A stretch of DNA of 64,000 bases. Source: an uncultured bacterium. GTDB taxonomy: Bacteria > Armatimonadota > Abditibacteriia > Abditibacteriales > Abditibacteriaceae. Below the pieces are notes generated by a model. That model ran no database searches, was not told the DNA's origin, and saw only the letters and a program-made list of their open reading frames with translations. The position numbers were made by a program, and so were the translations under genes. The stretch spans positions 2,802,375 to 2,866,374 of the forward strand of contig CAWJLW010000006.1 in assembly GCA_963843795.1 (NCBI GenBank). Reading direction: 5' to 3'. Shown piece by piece: positions 1 to 11,000 of this stretch (position 1 is its first letter; the number at the start of each line of letters is the position of its first letter).

Positions 1-1101
1 GGGGTCGCCTTCGCGTGCGCATTCGTCGTGATGGCGATTACGGGCCGCACACTTATCGCTTGGCTCAAAAGCCTGCCGGGCATGAAATGGTCGGCGCGTG
101 AAGATACGCCCGACACGCATTTGCAAAAAGCGGGTACGCCTTCGATGGGCGGTCTGGGAATTATCGGCAGCGCAATCATGGGTTATCTGGCAGTTTTGCC
201 AGTCATCATGGTTTTTCCGCAGCAGTTTTTCGCGCCTCCAAACACTGCAAATACCGGTTTGGCACAGTTCGATTGGACTCACACCATTCTCGCACTGGCG
301 TTATTACCGCTAATGACGATAACGCACATGGTTTTGGGTTACGTCGACGATTGGAGCAAAGCGACCGGTCGCGGCGGCTTGCGCGCGCGCGCCAAATTTG
401 CCGGACAAGTCGTGCTTTCGATGGCGTTTCTAGGCGCGGTCTACTGGCTCACGGCGCACCAAAACTTCAACGGAATTCGCTTTTTCGCTTCGGGAACCAA
501 CGGTGATTTTTTGTTCAATCCCGCCAATCCGTTGATTTTGTTGTTCGTGGGCGCGTTTTTGTTGCTGGTTTTATTAGCGACTTGCAACGCGGTCAACATC
601 ACCGATGGCATTGATGGCCTGGCAGCGGGTTTGGCGGCTCAGTGCGGAATCTGGCTTTACTTGGCAGGTGTCGAGAACAACAACGTGAAATTGTGGGGCG
701 ATGTGTGGTGGATGGCTTTGGCCGGTGCATGCGCGGGCTTTTTGATTTTCAACAAATACAAAGCGCAGGTTTTCATGGGCGATACCGGCTCACTGGCCCT
801 CGGCGCGGCGTTGGGCGGCGCGGCAGTTATGGGACGCGCAGTCTTTTTGTTGCCATTCATCGGTTTTGTTTTCTGGATCGAATTGTTCAGCGTGACGGCT
901 CAGGTGCTTTATTTCAAATACACCAAGCGTCAAACTGGCGAAGGTCAGCGCATTTTCCGACGCGCGCCCCTGCACCATCATTTTGAACTTGGCGGCTGGA
1001 GCGAATGGCGCGTTGTACTGACGTTTTGGGCCATCAATTTCGTGACCGGCGCGGTCGGTTTGCTTTTGTGGACAATGGGAATTTTGCCACGTTTCCCGTG
1101 A
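1..1101 (+). CDS. mraY: Phospho-N-acetylmuramoyl-pentapeptide transferase (5'-truncated by window edge)
   Basis: Motifs KAGTPSMGG, GYVDD, NAVNITDGIDGL, FMGDTGS and APLHHHFE; multi-TM; frame open from base 1; followed by murD. Confidence 0.97.
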   Translation, partial: GVAFACAFVVMAITGRTLIAWLKSLPGMKWSAREDTPDTHLQKAGTPSMGGLGIIGSAIMGYLAVLPVIMVFPQQFFAPPNTANTGLAQFDWTHTILALALLPLMTITHMVLGYVDDWSKATGRGGLRARAKFAGQVVLSMAFLGAVYWLTAHQNFNGIRFFASGTNGDFLFNPANPLILLFVGAFLLLVLLATCNAVNITDGIDGLAAGLAAQCGIWLYLAGVENNNVKLWGDVWWMALAGACAGFLIFNKYKAQVFMGDTGSLALGAALGGAAVMGRAVFLLPFIGFVFWIELFSVTAQVLYFKYTKRQTGEGQRIFRRAPLHHHFELGGWSEWRVVLTFWAINFVTGAVGLLLWTMGILPRFP

Positions 1102-1147
1102 ATTTAAAATTTTTCCTGCAAGTACTTGCAGAGTCGAATCTAGTATT

Positions 1148-2578
1148 ATGAACGAATATACGCGCGAAAAAAAATGTGCTGTCATTGGTTTGGCGCGCGC
1201 TGGTGTGCCAACCGCGCGCTTTTTGGTCGAACGCGGCAATCGCGTGGTCGGCTACGATCACAAAACACGCGAACAATTATCGCCCGAAGCGCTTGATTTG
1301 GAAAATTTGGGCGTTAAGCTGCAACTGGGCGAACACGAATTCGCCGGCATTTTAAGCTGCCATCTTATCGTGCTTTCGCCCGGTGTGCGCATTCATCACG
1401 AACCGTTGGCGAGCGTATTAGAAAAAGCGCGTGCGCGTGGTACGGAAATTATCGGCGAAATGGAACTCGCCGCGCGACATTGTCCGGCTCCGATGATCGC
1501 TGTTACTGGCACCAAAGGCAAAAGCACAACGGTAAAGCTCATTACCGAGTTGTTACAAGCCTGCGGGCAAAGAGCTTTGCGCGCGGGCAACACCGGCACG
1601 CCACTAATCGCAGAATTGCCGCAACTTTCGCCTGAAAGTTGGGCGGTGGTCGAGGTTTCGAGCTTTCAATTTGAACGCGCGCCGACTTTCAAACCTCGCA
1701 TCGCAATTTTGCTCAATTTGCTGCCCGACCATCAGGATTATCACACTTCGCTCGAACAGTATTGGCAAACCAAACTGCGCATTTTCGCGCACCAGAAAAC
1801 TGGCGATACCACAATTTGCAATCTGGATGACGCGCAAACGTTGAGCGCTATCGAAAGCAAGACCATCGGCGGCGACGGCAAATTTCTCGGCGTTTCGGGA
1901 CGCGAACTGCCGCAATTGAATGGCGAGAAAATCGACGGCGCGGGCGTGCACAACAGCATGTTGGGCTGGATCAACGCAGGTGAATGGACGCCATTGATGG
2001 CTAATGAAGAAATTGCCTTGCGCGGCGAGCATAATCGCGCTAATGTCGCGGCGGCTATTTGCGCGCTCATCGCGGCTCTGGGCAGCACGCAAGTACTTGC
2101 CCAACGCGAAACAATTGTAAGAACCATTCGCGAGTTCCAAAGTTTGCCGCATCGACTGGAATTTGTGGCAGAACGGAACGGTGTGCGCTGGATCAACGAT
2201 TCGCAGGCCACAATTCCCGACGCTGCCATCGCCGCATTGAACGCGTTTGAAGCGCCGATTGCGCTCATCGCGGGTGGTAAAAACAAGCTCGATGATCCGA
2301 CAGCTTACGACGCTTTGGGCCGCGCGGTTGCCGAACGTGCCGCGCACTTGTTCTGTATCGGCGAAACCGCGCCGATTTTAGCTCGAGCCGCGCGCGAGGC
2401 GGGCATGAACGAGGAGAAAATCGTTGAAGCGGGCACCTTACAAAATGCAGTGCGCGAGGCGAATGACCGGATGCAAAGCGGCACGGTCGTGATGTCGCCC
2501 GCGTGCGCATCGTTCGATCAATTCAAATCGTTTGAAGATCGCGGCGAGCAGTTCCGGCGCGCGGTTGAGGAATTATAA
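1148..2578 (+). CDS. murD: UDP-N-acetylmuramoyl-L-alanine--D-glutamate ligase
   Basis: GLARAG N-terminus, VTGTKGKSTT P-loop, EVSSFQ, PHRLE, SPACASFDQF..FEDRG; dcw context. Confidence 0.96.
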   Translation: MNEYTREKKCAVIGLARAGVPTARFLVERGNRVVGYDHKTREQLSPEALDLENLGVKLQLGEHEFAGILSCHLIVLSPGVRIHHEPLASVLEKARARGTEIIGEMELAARHCPAPMIAVTGTKGKSTTVKLITELLQACGQRALRAGNTGTPLIAELPQLSPESWAVVEVSSFQFERAPTFKPRIAILLNLLPDHQDYHTSLEQYWQTKLRIFAHQKTGDTTICNLDDAQTLSAIESKTIGGDGKFLGVSGRELPQLNGEKIDGAGVHNSMLGWINAGEWTPLMANEEIALRGEHNRANVAAAICALIAALGSTQVLAQRETIVRTIREFQSLPHRLEFVAERNGVRWINDSQATIPDAAIAALNAFEAPIALIAGGKNKLDDPTAYDALGRAVAERAAHLFCIGETAPILARAAREAGMNEEKIVEAGTLQNAVREANDRMQSGTVVMSPACASFDQFKSFEDRGEQFRRAVEEL

Positions 2579-2720
2579 GGAGCTGCAGATATTTGTATGG
2601 TTTTTGAAATTACCAGGCAGGGACTTGCAGCTTGCCACTTATAATATCGACACTAACAGCTTCATTGTTTTAACATCAAAGCCGATTCATCACAGCCCCC
2701 ATTGCAGCACAGGAGACACC

Positions 2721-4409
2721 ATGCCAACACGCACTTCTCACCCGACAACCTCACGCGCGGCTTCTGAACGCCAGCAGCGCACTACTTCGCCCAACAACGG
2801 CGAAGAATTGTCGCAACTGCGTCGCGGACGTTCGCGACGTTCTTCAGCGCGCGTGCAGGAATTACAGCGCCGCGCCGCGCGTCGTTTGGAAGCACAATCG
2901 CGCGCTGAACAAAGCGACATCGAGTATGCACCGCTGGACGAACACGTTTTCGATAACGTTGTCGATCTCAACGCCGCGCGCCGTGCCCGCCTGGACGCCA
3001 TGCGTCATCCGCGCACGCGTTATGAAGAACGACCTGCTGTGGAACGTTCCACGGAACGTCCATCTCTCGAGCGCAGTCGCAGTGAACGCAGCGGCCTCCA
3101 TTTCGCTCCAGCTTTCGATCTGGATAAGCCAGTGCGAAGCGATAACTTCGCCAGTGGACGCATTGAGCCAGCCGTTCGCAATCTCGAAGCACCTGCAGAG
3201 GAAAGCCAAGCGACGAAGACCAAAGTACGACGCGACGCAGCAACTTCCAATTGCCCACCCTGCCATTGGGGTTTGGCGATTTTGTCGTTGCTATTAACTC
3301 TCGCTTCGATTCCACTGGTTTATTCGGCTTCGACGGCGATTGCTTTAGACCATCATGGTCGGCCCGACTTTTTCCTGGTGCGCCAATTTATGTATGCGGG
3401 CATCGGTGCGGCGGTTTTGGTGCTGGCCTCGCGCTTGTCTTCGCGCAGCCTGCGCTGGACGGTACGCGCGCTTTACGTTGTGACACTCATCGGATTGTTC
3501 GCCACCGACTTTACCCCGCTGGGCCTGGTAATGGGCGGCGTGCGGCGCTGGATGAAAATCGGGCCGATTCAATTGCAGTTTTCCGAATTGGCAAAAATTG
3601 CGCTTTTGGGCATCATGGCCGAATTTTGGAGCCACGCCGGACGTAATGCGCCACGTTCGTTTGGCCCGTGGCTGATGACCGCGCTTCTGTCGATGCCACT
3701 GGTCGCGCTCGTGTTTTTGCAACCGCATTTATCGGCGGCTTCGCTGTTATTTTTGCTGCCATTTTTTGTAGCGTTTTACGCGGGCTGCGCTTGGCAAAAC
3801 ATCGCCAAAATCGCTGCACCACTGTTATTGGGAGCAGTTGTTGTTGTCGCATTGTGCCAGACACACAAGATGCCGTTGCTCAAAGAATATCAACAAGATC
3901 GCATTGCATCGCATTTCAGCGGCGCGGGAGAAGGTAGCGAGGGCGGCAACTACCAGTCGTTACAAGGCCAGCGTGCTTTGATGCGCGGCGGCATTCTAGG
4001 GACGGGGCCGGGCGGTTCGTTGTATAAACAGGGCCATTTGCCCGCGCCGCACACCGACTTTATCTTGGCTGTTATCGGCGAAGAGTGGGGCATGATTGGC
4101 GTACTGAGTTTGTTGGGCGTTTACGGCGTGATGATCTTTTTCTGCTTCCACACCGGCCACAGTTCCAACGACACCTTTGAAGGTTTATTGTGTGCTGGAA
4201 TCGGCACCTTACTGGGCGTGCAGGTAATTTGTAACGTCGGCGTGGTGACGGGCGTTTTGCCAGTCACGGGAATGCCATTGCCTTTGCTGTCGTATGGTGG
4301 TTCGGGCATGATTTGCACACTGCTCGGCTTGGGTTTGGTGCTCAGCGTATCGCGCCGTTACAACTGCGACACGCCCAAAGAATCGCTTCAAGAAGCGATG
4401 GCCGCTTAA
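2721..4409 (+). CDS. ftsW: SEDS family cell division protein FtsW with long Arg/Ser-rich N-terminal extension
   Basis: VYSAS, RRW, QFSELAK, LQPHL, YQSLQ, LPAPHTDFI, LPLLSYGGS motifs; start re-assigned to ATG 2721 behind AGGAG. Confidence 0.92.
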   Translation: MPTRTSHPTTSRAASERQQRTTSPNNGEELSQLRRGRSRRSSARVQELQRRAARRLEAQSRAEQSDIEYAPLDEHVFDNVVDLNAARRARLDAMRHPRTRYEERPAVERSTERPSLERSRSERSGLHFAPAFDLDKPVRSDNFASGRIEPAVRNLEAPAEESQATKTKVRRDAATSNCPPCHWGLAILSLLLTLASIPLVYSASTAIALDHHGRPDFFLVRQFMYAGIGAAVLVLASRLSSRSLRWTVRALYVVTLIGLFATDFTPLGLVMGGVRRWMKIGPIQLQFSELAKIALLGIMAEFWSHAGRNAPRSFGPWLMTALLSMPLVALVFLQPHLSAASLLFLLPFFVAFYAGCAWQNIAKIAAPLLLGAVVVVALCQTHKMPLLKEYQQDRIASHFSGAGEGSEGGNYQSLQGQRALMRGGILGTGPGGSLYKQGHLPAPHTDFILAVIGEEWGMIGVLSLLGVYGVMIFFCFHTGHSSNDTFEGLLCAGIGTLLGVQVICNVGVVTGVLPVTGMPLPLLSYGGSGMICTLLGLGLVLSVSRRYNCDTPKESLQEAMAA

Positions 4410-4430
4410 GATAATCTGCAAGTACTTGCC

Positions 4431-5309
4431 ATGTCATATTCACGCCTCAACGATGGTTCGAACAACGCGCCGCGCGTGCGCTTTCAGCACGCGCTATGGT
4501 CGCTTATCGGTTTGCCGATGAACGCCGAGTCGGATGGTAAAGCGGAATGGACGCTCGACGAAAAATGTGCGCGCGTCAAAGCCGCTGGCTTTGAAAGCCT
4601 CGAATGCTGGCTGAGCGATAAGGACGAAGACGAAGTTTCACACGCGTTGCAACGCCACGATTTGGGCCTTGTGCTCGGCCATCGTCCCTTTTCGGTGGAC
4701 GATACGAAAGCCACGATAAAGCGTGCGCAACGCTTGAATGCAGAATTTATTTTTGCGCAACCGGCTTCGGCGTTCACACCCTTCGAGGACGTCGTACATT
4801 TGGTGACAGAAGGGCGCAAAATGGCCAACGATGCAGGTTTGCATTTCTGGGTCGAAACCCATCGCAATAACTGGACAGAAAATTTGCCGCAAACTCTGCA
4901 GTTAATCGAAGCCATACCCGAGATTCGCTTCACCGCCGATTTATCGCATTTTGTTGTCGTCGGAGAGTTTTACGGCTGGGAGAACGAAGGCGCGATTGAA
5001 CGATTGCGTCCAATTTTGGAACGTTCATCGCACGCGCACGGCCGGATTTCTAACGGCGAACAAGTGCAAGTCGATGTCGGCGATGGCAGCGGACAAACCG
5101 CGCAATTTTTCGTGAGCCTGTGGACGGAAATGCTGCGCGCATGGCGCAAAGAAGCGCAGGCGGGCGATATTTTCCCGTTCGCACCGGAACTCGGCCCGCC
5201 GCGATACGCGATTACCCTACCCGATGGCCGCGAATTTTCTGACCGATGGGAACAAAGTCTGGTCATGAAAAAGTTGTTTGAAAGCGCCTGGCAACGTAGC
5301 GCCGCATGA
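4431..5309 (+). CDS. Sugar phosphate isomerase/epimerase-like TIM-barrel protein
   Basis: AAGFESLE, ETHR, TADLSHF, HAHGRI and PELGPP pattern of the xylose-isomerase-like family. Confidence 0.7.
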   Translation: MSYSRLNDGSNNAPRVRFQHALWSLIGLPMNAESDGKAEWTLDEKCARVKAAGFESLECWLSDKDEDEVSHALQRHDLGLVLGHRPFSVDDTKATIKRAQRLNAEFIFAQPASAFTPFEDVVHLVTEGRKMANDAGLHFWVETHRNNWTENLPQTLQLIEAIPEIRFTADLSHFVVVGEFYGWENEGAIERLRPILERSSHAHGRISNGEQVQVDVGDGSGQTAQFFVSLWTEMLRAWRKEAQAGDIFPFAPELGPPRYAITLPDGREFSDRWEQSLVMKKLFESAWQRSAA

Positions 5310-5419
5310 AAGAAAGAGGAAAGAAAACTCTCGTCTTTTGTAAACTTCCCCGCAAGTACTTGCAGTATCAATTCTTTCCTTAGTTCTTTCCTGCCCCTAA
5401 CATCTCCTCTCTGAATTTT

Positions 5420-6424
5420 ATGCAATATTACATTGGTATTGATGGCGGCGGCACCAACACGCGCGCGGTAATTCTTAGCGATACGCTGGAAGTTATCGGG
5501 CGCGGGCATTCTGGCCCGAGCAATCATTATCGCGTTGGCGCGCCTCAGGCCGCCGAAAACTGTGTGCGCGCTGCCGAAGAAGCATTCGCAGAAGCCAGCC
5601 GCATGGTGCCCGGATTAACGCGCGACGAACTCGCCGCGTGGGGTTTTGGTTTGGCGGGCGTACGTCGCGAAAATGACGCGCGTTTGATGCGCGCGCAGCT
5701 TGGGCCGGTCGCCAATGGTTTGCCGTGGGTTTTAGATACCGACGCCGTCGCTGCGCATCGCGGCGCGTTCGATGGCAAAACCGGACTGGTTTTATCAGTC
5801 GGAACAGGCGCGATTTGCTTGGGTATCGACGACGGCGAAAGTTTCTACGGTGATGGCTGGGGGCCGCTTCTGGGCGACGAAGGCTCTGGTTATTGGATGG
5901 GATTGGAAGCGATTCGCACCGTTTGCCGCGCTCACGATGGTCGCGCGCCGCGCACGGCTCTCACTCAAGCTGTATTAAGCGAACTACGATTGAACGAAGC
6001 GCCACAATTGATTCCGCTGTTACAAGGCGGAAAATTAGAGCCGGAGCGCATCGCTGAATTGGCGCGCATGGTTTTAATCGAAGCCGAAACCGGCGTCAGC
6101 AGCGCAGTCGATATTCGTGAACGCGCTATCGCTTGCTTGTCACTGACCGTTGGCTCGGTCACGCACGCGATGCTTTCGCGCCGCCGCGACCGCGTCGCAC
6201 CCAACGCCGCGCCCAACATCGACTTGAACATCGCGCTGCGCGGCGGCTTGTTCGACGACGACTTTTTCCGCGCCAGCGTCGGTTATGCCATCGGCGAACA
6301 CATGGTCGAAATGAAGCGCGATTTTCTGCCTCTGGGCGCGTGGAACGTGATTCGTCCGCAGTCCGACGCCGCTTACGGTGCTGCACTGATGGCGCGTCAC
6401 GCAGCCGAAAAAGCCGCTGATTAA
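5420..6424 (+). CDS. BadF/BadG/BcrA/BcrD-family sugar kinase (GlcNAc/MurNAc kinase-like)
   Basis: GIDGGGTNT, GLAG, DTDA, VGTGA and GWGPLLGDEGSGYWMG motifs. Confidence 0.85.
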   Translation: MQYYIGIDGGGTNTRAVILSDTLEVIGRGHSGPSNHYRVGAPQAAENCVRAAEEAFAEASRMVPGLTRDELAAWGFGLAGVRRENDARLMRAQLGPVANGLPWVLDTDAVAAHRGAFDGKTGLVLSVGTGAICLGIDDGESFYGDGWGPLLGDEGSGYWMGLEAIRTVCRAHDGRAPRTALTQAVLSELRLNEAPQLIPLLQGGKLEPERIAELARMVLIEAETGVSSAVDIRERAIACLSLTVGSVTHAMLSRRRDRVAPNAAPNIDLNIALRGGLFDDDFFRASVGYAIGEHMVEMKRDFLPLGAWNVIRPQSDAAYGAALMARHAAEKAAD

Positions 6425-6429
6425 CGCTC

Positions 6430-6813
6430 ATGGCCATCGAAAACCGCGAATGTTTTCTGACTAATTGGCGCGACGCCTTGAAATGTCGCGTATGCGGACG
6501 CGGCCCGAATGCGCGCGAAACTTATCATCGCGGCTTTGAATATCATCATCTGCAACACCAAGCGCATGGCGGCCCTGGCATCGTGGAAAATTTGATTCTG
6601 CTGTGTCACGATTGCCACACGCGCCATCATCAAAATCAGCTGCATTTGCCCGATTTCAGCGATGAAGAATTGCAAATCGAAGAATCATTAATCTGCGCGC
6701 AATGCCAAGCGCCCAACGATCCGCGCACGATTGAAATGAACTGCGGCTGGTATCGCTGCGGACAATGCCGACAACGCGTGCATTTGTTCGACCATTTCTG
6801 TTACGAGGATTGA
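6430..6813 (+). CDS. Small HNH endonuclease-like protein with an extra C-terminal Cys4 zinc ribbon
   Basis: CRVC...HH.....GG....NLILLCHDCH..HH core followed by CAQC...CGQC. Confidence 0.8.
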   Translation: MAIENRECFLTNWRDALKCRVCGRGPNARETYHRGFEYHHLQHQAHGGPGIVENLILLCHDCHTRHHQNQLHLPDFSDEELQIEESLICAQCQAPNDPRTIEMNCGWYRCGQCRQRVHLFDHFCYED

Positions 6814-6880
6814 GCAAATGCCACACTTTTGAAATTGAATTTACAATGCCCTGCAAGCACTTGCAGGGCATTCTGAACGA

Positions 6881-6974
6881 CGCGATTATTGTATGTCGGC
6901 GGCAAGCGCGGCTTGGAAGGCGAACTGGTCAAACGCGCGAGCGGGCCGTTTGTCGGCGTGGAAACTGGAAAATT
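6881..6974 (+). pseudogene. Non-coding 94-bp duplicate of the murG 5' coding region (12252-12345)
   Basis: Manual alignment gives 89/94 identical bases, no indels, same strand. Confidence 0.93.
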
Positions 6975-7019
6975 TGTGAATTTATAACAAGAAGTCGATT
7001 TTCTTGCAGAGTTCGTGGT

Positions 7020-8048
7020 TTACGCTATGGCATGAGGAACTTTAGTGACTTTGCAAATTGTACTTAAGAACGCCTCTACAATGGTTGGATCGAACTGAGT
7101 GCCACTTTGTCGTTGAATTTCCGCAACAGCCTGTTCCACTGGCCATGGCCTTTTGTAAGGGCGATCATGAGTTAGTGCATCGAAGACATCGGCAACTGTG
7201 ACGATGCGTCCTACCAAGGGAATATTTTCTCCCGCTAATCCCAACGGGTACCCCTGCCCATCCCACTGTTCATGATGGGTAAGAGCAATTTCTTCTGCCA
7301 GTTGCAGCCAGGGAGAAATGCTGCCAGAAAGCATTTTTGCGCCGATGACGGTGTGTTGCTGCATAATAGCGAACTCCTCGCCAGTTAATTTGCTCTGCTT
7401 GAGCAAAATGTTATCGGGAACTCCAATTTTCCCGATATCGTGCAGCGGTGCCGTGCGCAAAATCAAATCTACCTGGTCTGAAGGCAAGCCCAGCGCTTCC
7501 GCGATTTGTGCCGCCATCGCGCCCACGCGTTTGGTATGTAGACCTGTATCATCATCGCGATACTCAGCAGCCAGCGCCAGACGCTGCAATGTTTCTAACT
7601 GCGCTGTTTGCAAATCTATCGTGCGCTCTCTGACTTTGGTTTCTAATGAGAGATGAGAAAAACGGGTTTCCAAAAGATTTTGGATGCGCAATAGTACTTC
7701 CGTTTCATCGAGCGGTTTGGTCAGAAAATCTTTTGCACCTGCTTTCAAGGCTTCGTGCCGGGTTGCTAAAGTAACATCAGCCGTGAGAACCAAAATAGGA
7801 ACCAAGTAATCAGTAAGTTCCAGTCGCAGCTGTTGCATAACGCCAAACCCATCCAAGTGCGGCATCGATAAATCTAACAACACAATGTCAGGTTGAATGC
7901 TGCGAAAAAGCGCGAGTGACTGGCGAGAATCGATAGTACTATAAACGTTGTCATAGCCAGCTTGTTGAAGAATCATCTCCAACAAACGCACATTGGCTTT
8001 TTCGTCGTCAACAATGAGGACTTTGCCTTGGAGAATGGTATCTGACAT
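7020..8048 (-). CDS. Response regulator with REC + HD-GYP domain (putative cyclic di-GMP phosphodiesterase, RpfG-like)
   Basis: LIVDD / LLDLSMP / KP receiver motifs; [27 protein letters not shown]; start overlaps the kinase stop (TGATG). Confidence 0.95.
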   Translation of the reverse strand: MSDTILQGKVLIVDDEKANVRLLEMILQQAGYDNVYSTIDSRQSLALFRSIQPDIVLLDLSMPHLDGFGVMQQLRLELTDYLVPILVLTADVTLATRHEALKAGAKDFLTKPLDETEVLLRIQNLLETRFSHLSLETKVRERTIDLQTAQLETLQRLALAAEYRDDDTGLHTKRVGAMAAQIAEALGLPSDQVDLILRTAPLHDIGKIGVPDNILLKQSKLTGEEFAIMQQHTVIGAKMLSGSISPWLQLAEEIALTHHEQWDGQGYPLGLAGENIPLVGRIVTVADVFDALTHDRPYKRPWPVEQAVAEIQRQSGTQFDPTIVEAFLSTICKVTKVPHAIA

Positions 8049-11000
8049 CAGGCGGTCACCTCTGCATCAACAATGGTCGGTTGAAGCAGTTCATCTAAGG
8101 TTTCAAGGAATTGTTCAACGTCTAAGGGTTTGGTTAGATAAGCGTTGGCTCCAGCGTTTAACAGCCGCTCAATTTGTTTCGAAGTGGCGTCGGCGCTGAC
8201 AACGATAACAGGAATATCTCGAGTGAGTGCCGATTGTTGCAAGCGCGCCAAGATTTCCTGACCGTGCATATCGGGCAAATTCAGATCGAGCAAAATCAGA
8301 TTCGGTTCGTGTTGACGTGCCAAGTCTAAACCGACACTGCCTTGAATAGCAGACAGTAATTCGATTTCTGGTCGGCTTCGCAAGATGGTTTGGATCAAGC
8401 GAAAATTGGATGGGTTGTCTTCAATACAGAGAATCCTATAGCTCTGCTGAAGGGCATCCGCAGTTTGTGCAGGAGCAAAATTCTGGGCAAAATTCGTCAG
8501 TTGCATTTCAGGCGCAGAGGTATGCGGTAAATCAATAGTGAAAGTTGTGCCTTCACCCAAAGTACTTGTGACACTTAGAATCCCACCCATTGCGGTCACT
8601 AAGCGCTGCGACAAAACCAGGCCTAGGCCAGTCCCTTCAATGGCGGAATTCTCTGCGTTCAAACGCTCGAATGCCGTGAATAACTTGGCCAGATCTTGAG
8701 GTGCGATGCCAGGCCCCGTGTCATGCACAGAAAGAAGCATTCGTCCGTCTTCTTTGTGTTGACAAGAAACATTCACCTTACCACCCACGCGATTATATTT
8801 GATGGCATTGGAAAGCAGATTGATAAGCGCCTGTTTCAGCCGCTGCCTGTCCGCTAAGATGTAAACATTTTCTAATTGAGAAAAATTTTCCTCCAAATGA
8901 ATACCACGTTCTGTGGCCAATGAGCGCACCAGTACACAAGTTTCACTCACCACTTCATCGAGCGCGATCGGCTCCAGTGAAACTTCCAAACGTCCGGATT
9001 CGACACGCGCGATGTCTAACACTTCGTTGATAAGATTGAGCAGATGACGCCCGCCATGGAGAATATAACCGACACTTTCTTTGGCCATCGGATCGAGTTC
9101 TTCTTTATCAAGAAGCTGACCAAAGCCCAGAATCGCGTTGAGCGGCGTGCGGAGCTCGTGACTCATGCGCGAAAGGAATTCGCTCTTCGCGGCATTGGCC
9201 CGATCAGCTTCTGCTCTGGCACCTTGCATAGCTTCTAGGGCCAGATGGCGCTCTGTAATGTCCTCTGCGATGCCCACAACTCGATAAATATCTCCGGCCT
9301 CATTTTGAATGGGAAAAGCTCGATCGTGAATCCAGCGGATTTCTCCGTTAGGACGCAGAATGCGATATTCTTCATTATATTCGCCTCGCGTTTGCTTGGA
9401 TGTCATCGCTAACTGGACACGTTGCCGGTCTTCGGGAACAATAGCTTCCGTCCAGATACGTGGCGACTCGTAGAGGTCGCTACATCTCCGTCCCCATACT
9501 GCCTCGTAAGCCGGGCTAATATAAAGCATGCTGTTCTTTTCTACGTCGGTCATCCAGAAAACTTCCCGCACATGTTCGGTGACTTGACGGAATCTCTGCT
9601 CGCTTTCTTGCATTCTTTCTTGCGCTTCTTGTGCAGATTGCAGCGCGAGACCAGTCTCATGTACTTGTTGCTCAAGCTCAACGTTAGTTTGAGTCAGGGC
9701 GCTACGAGCCTCGCGCAGGCCTTCCCTCGCGCCGTCAAGACCGACAGTGGCACGCTCGATTTCCTGTTGCAAAACATTGAAACTCGCCGCCATCGCACCA
9801 ATCTCATCGCGCGAATTGATATTTATAGGCGACGCGCTTACGCGAGCGTGTGCGCTATCCAAATCGCCCGCCGCAAGCGACTGCATGGCTCGCGAAAAAT
9901 CCTTCATCGTCCCATGGGCCAAATCCTTAGCAGCATAAGAAAGGTCTTCAGCGGCATGTGTAATAATACCGGGTAACACCAAACCCACTCCAATCGTCAA
10001 AAGAGCAACAAGAACGAAAATATCTTCTAAAGCTGTTCGAAGCGCGAGTTGCTCATGTTTTATCTGAGAAACAGCGAGCAAATAGCCGATGGCGTCCAGG
10101 GTCAAGACCGCGATCATGGCGCCAGTCAACTTAAAATGCAAAGAGCGAGTAAGTCCGGCTGTACCTGTGCGCCTTCGGTCTTCCCAGCGCCGCCAGGTGT
10201 AAAGCAACGAACACGAATAGGCTAATGCGACACCAATGATGATGGCTGGAAGCCCGTACTGCTGAAAGCCAAAGACTGCGGATATACCCCAAATGATCGC
10301 TGCAGCAAAACCCATATTGATTGCCCATGGCGCAGCTCGATACGGACGCTTCATATCCGGGGCACTTCCACGCAGTAGCCACACGGCAACGCTGGGCATA
10401 CAAATGCCAATGAGATAACAAAAGTTGGCGGCTGCAATCAGCCACACAGGATCATCGAAGAGAAGAAATATAATCGCGCATGCCGCTGTAAAGCAGGTCG
10501 TCACCCACGGGGCATCGTTGCGATTGCGACGCGAAAATACGCGCGGCACTAAACCGTCTTCGGCAAGCTGCGAAAAAGTCCGTGCTGCGCCCGCTAAAGG
10601 AGCCAGAGTGCCATGAAACATGTTAAATACCATGAACCAGACACCGGCAGCCGCGCCCAAGTGCAGAAAAACAGGCGAGAAAGTTGGGCCCAAAACATCT
10701 TGCAATTCCCCGGCGAGACCTGTGGCAGGTCCCACGCCCAGAACTCCCAGCCACACTATCGGAAGAACCAAGAAATACAACGTGGCCATGATGGCGCTGG
10801 CATACATCGCCCGCGGAACGTTACGCTCTGGATCAATGGTTTCTCCCACATGCGAGGCCGCCTGCTCAAAAGCGGGCGCAGCGAAACCTATTAAGTAAAG
10901 ACCCGACATTGCGCTCGTCCAACTGCCAAACCAGCCCTTAAAGGGAGTTAATAACTGATAGGAAGTCGCTTGATTCCAATCCACGCGCCCCGTTAAAATC

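Noticed and set aside
6765..7067. 100-aa plus-strand ORF spanning the duplicate
   Set aside because: Out-of-frame reading of the murG duplicate and hairpin; overlaps two real genes.
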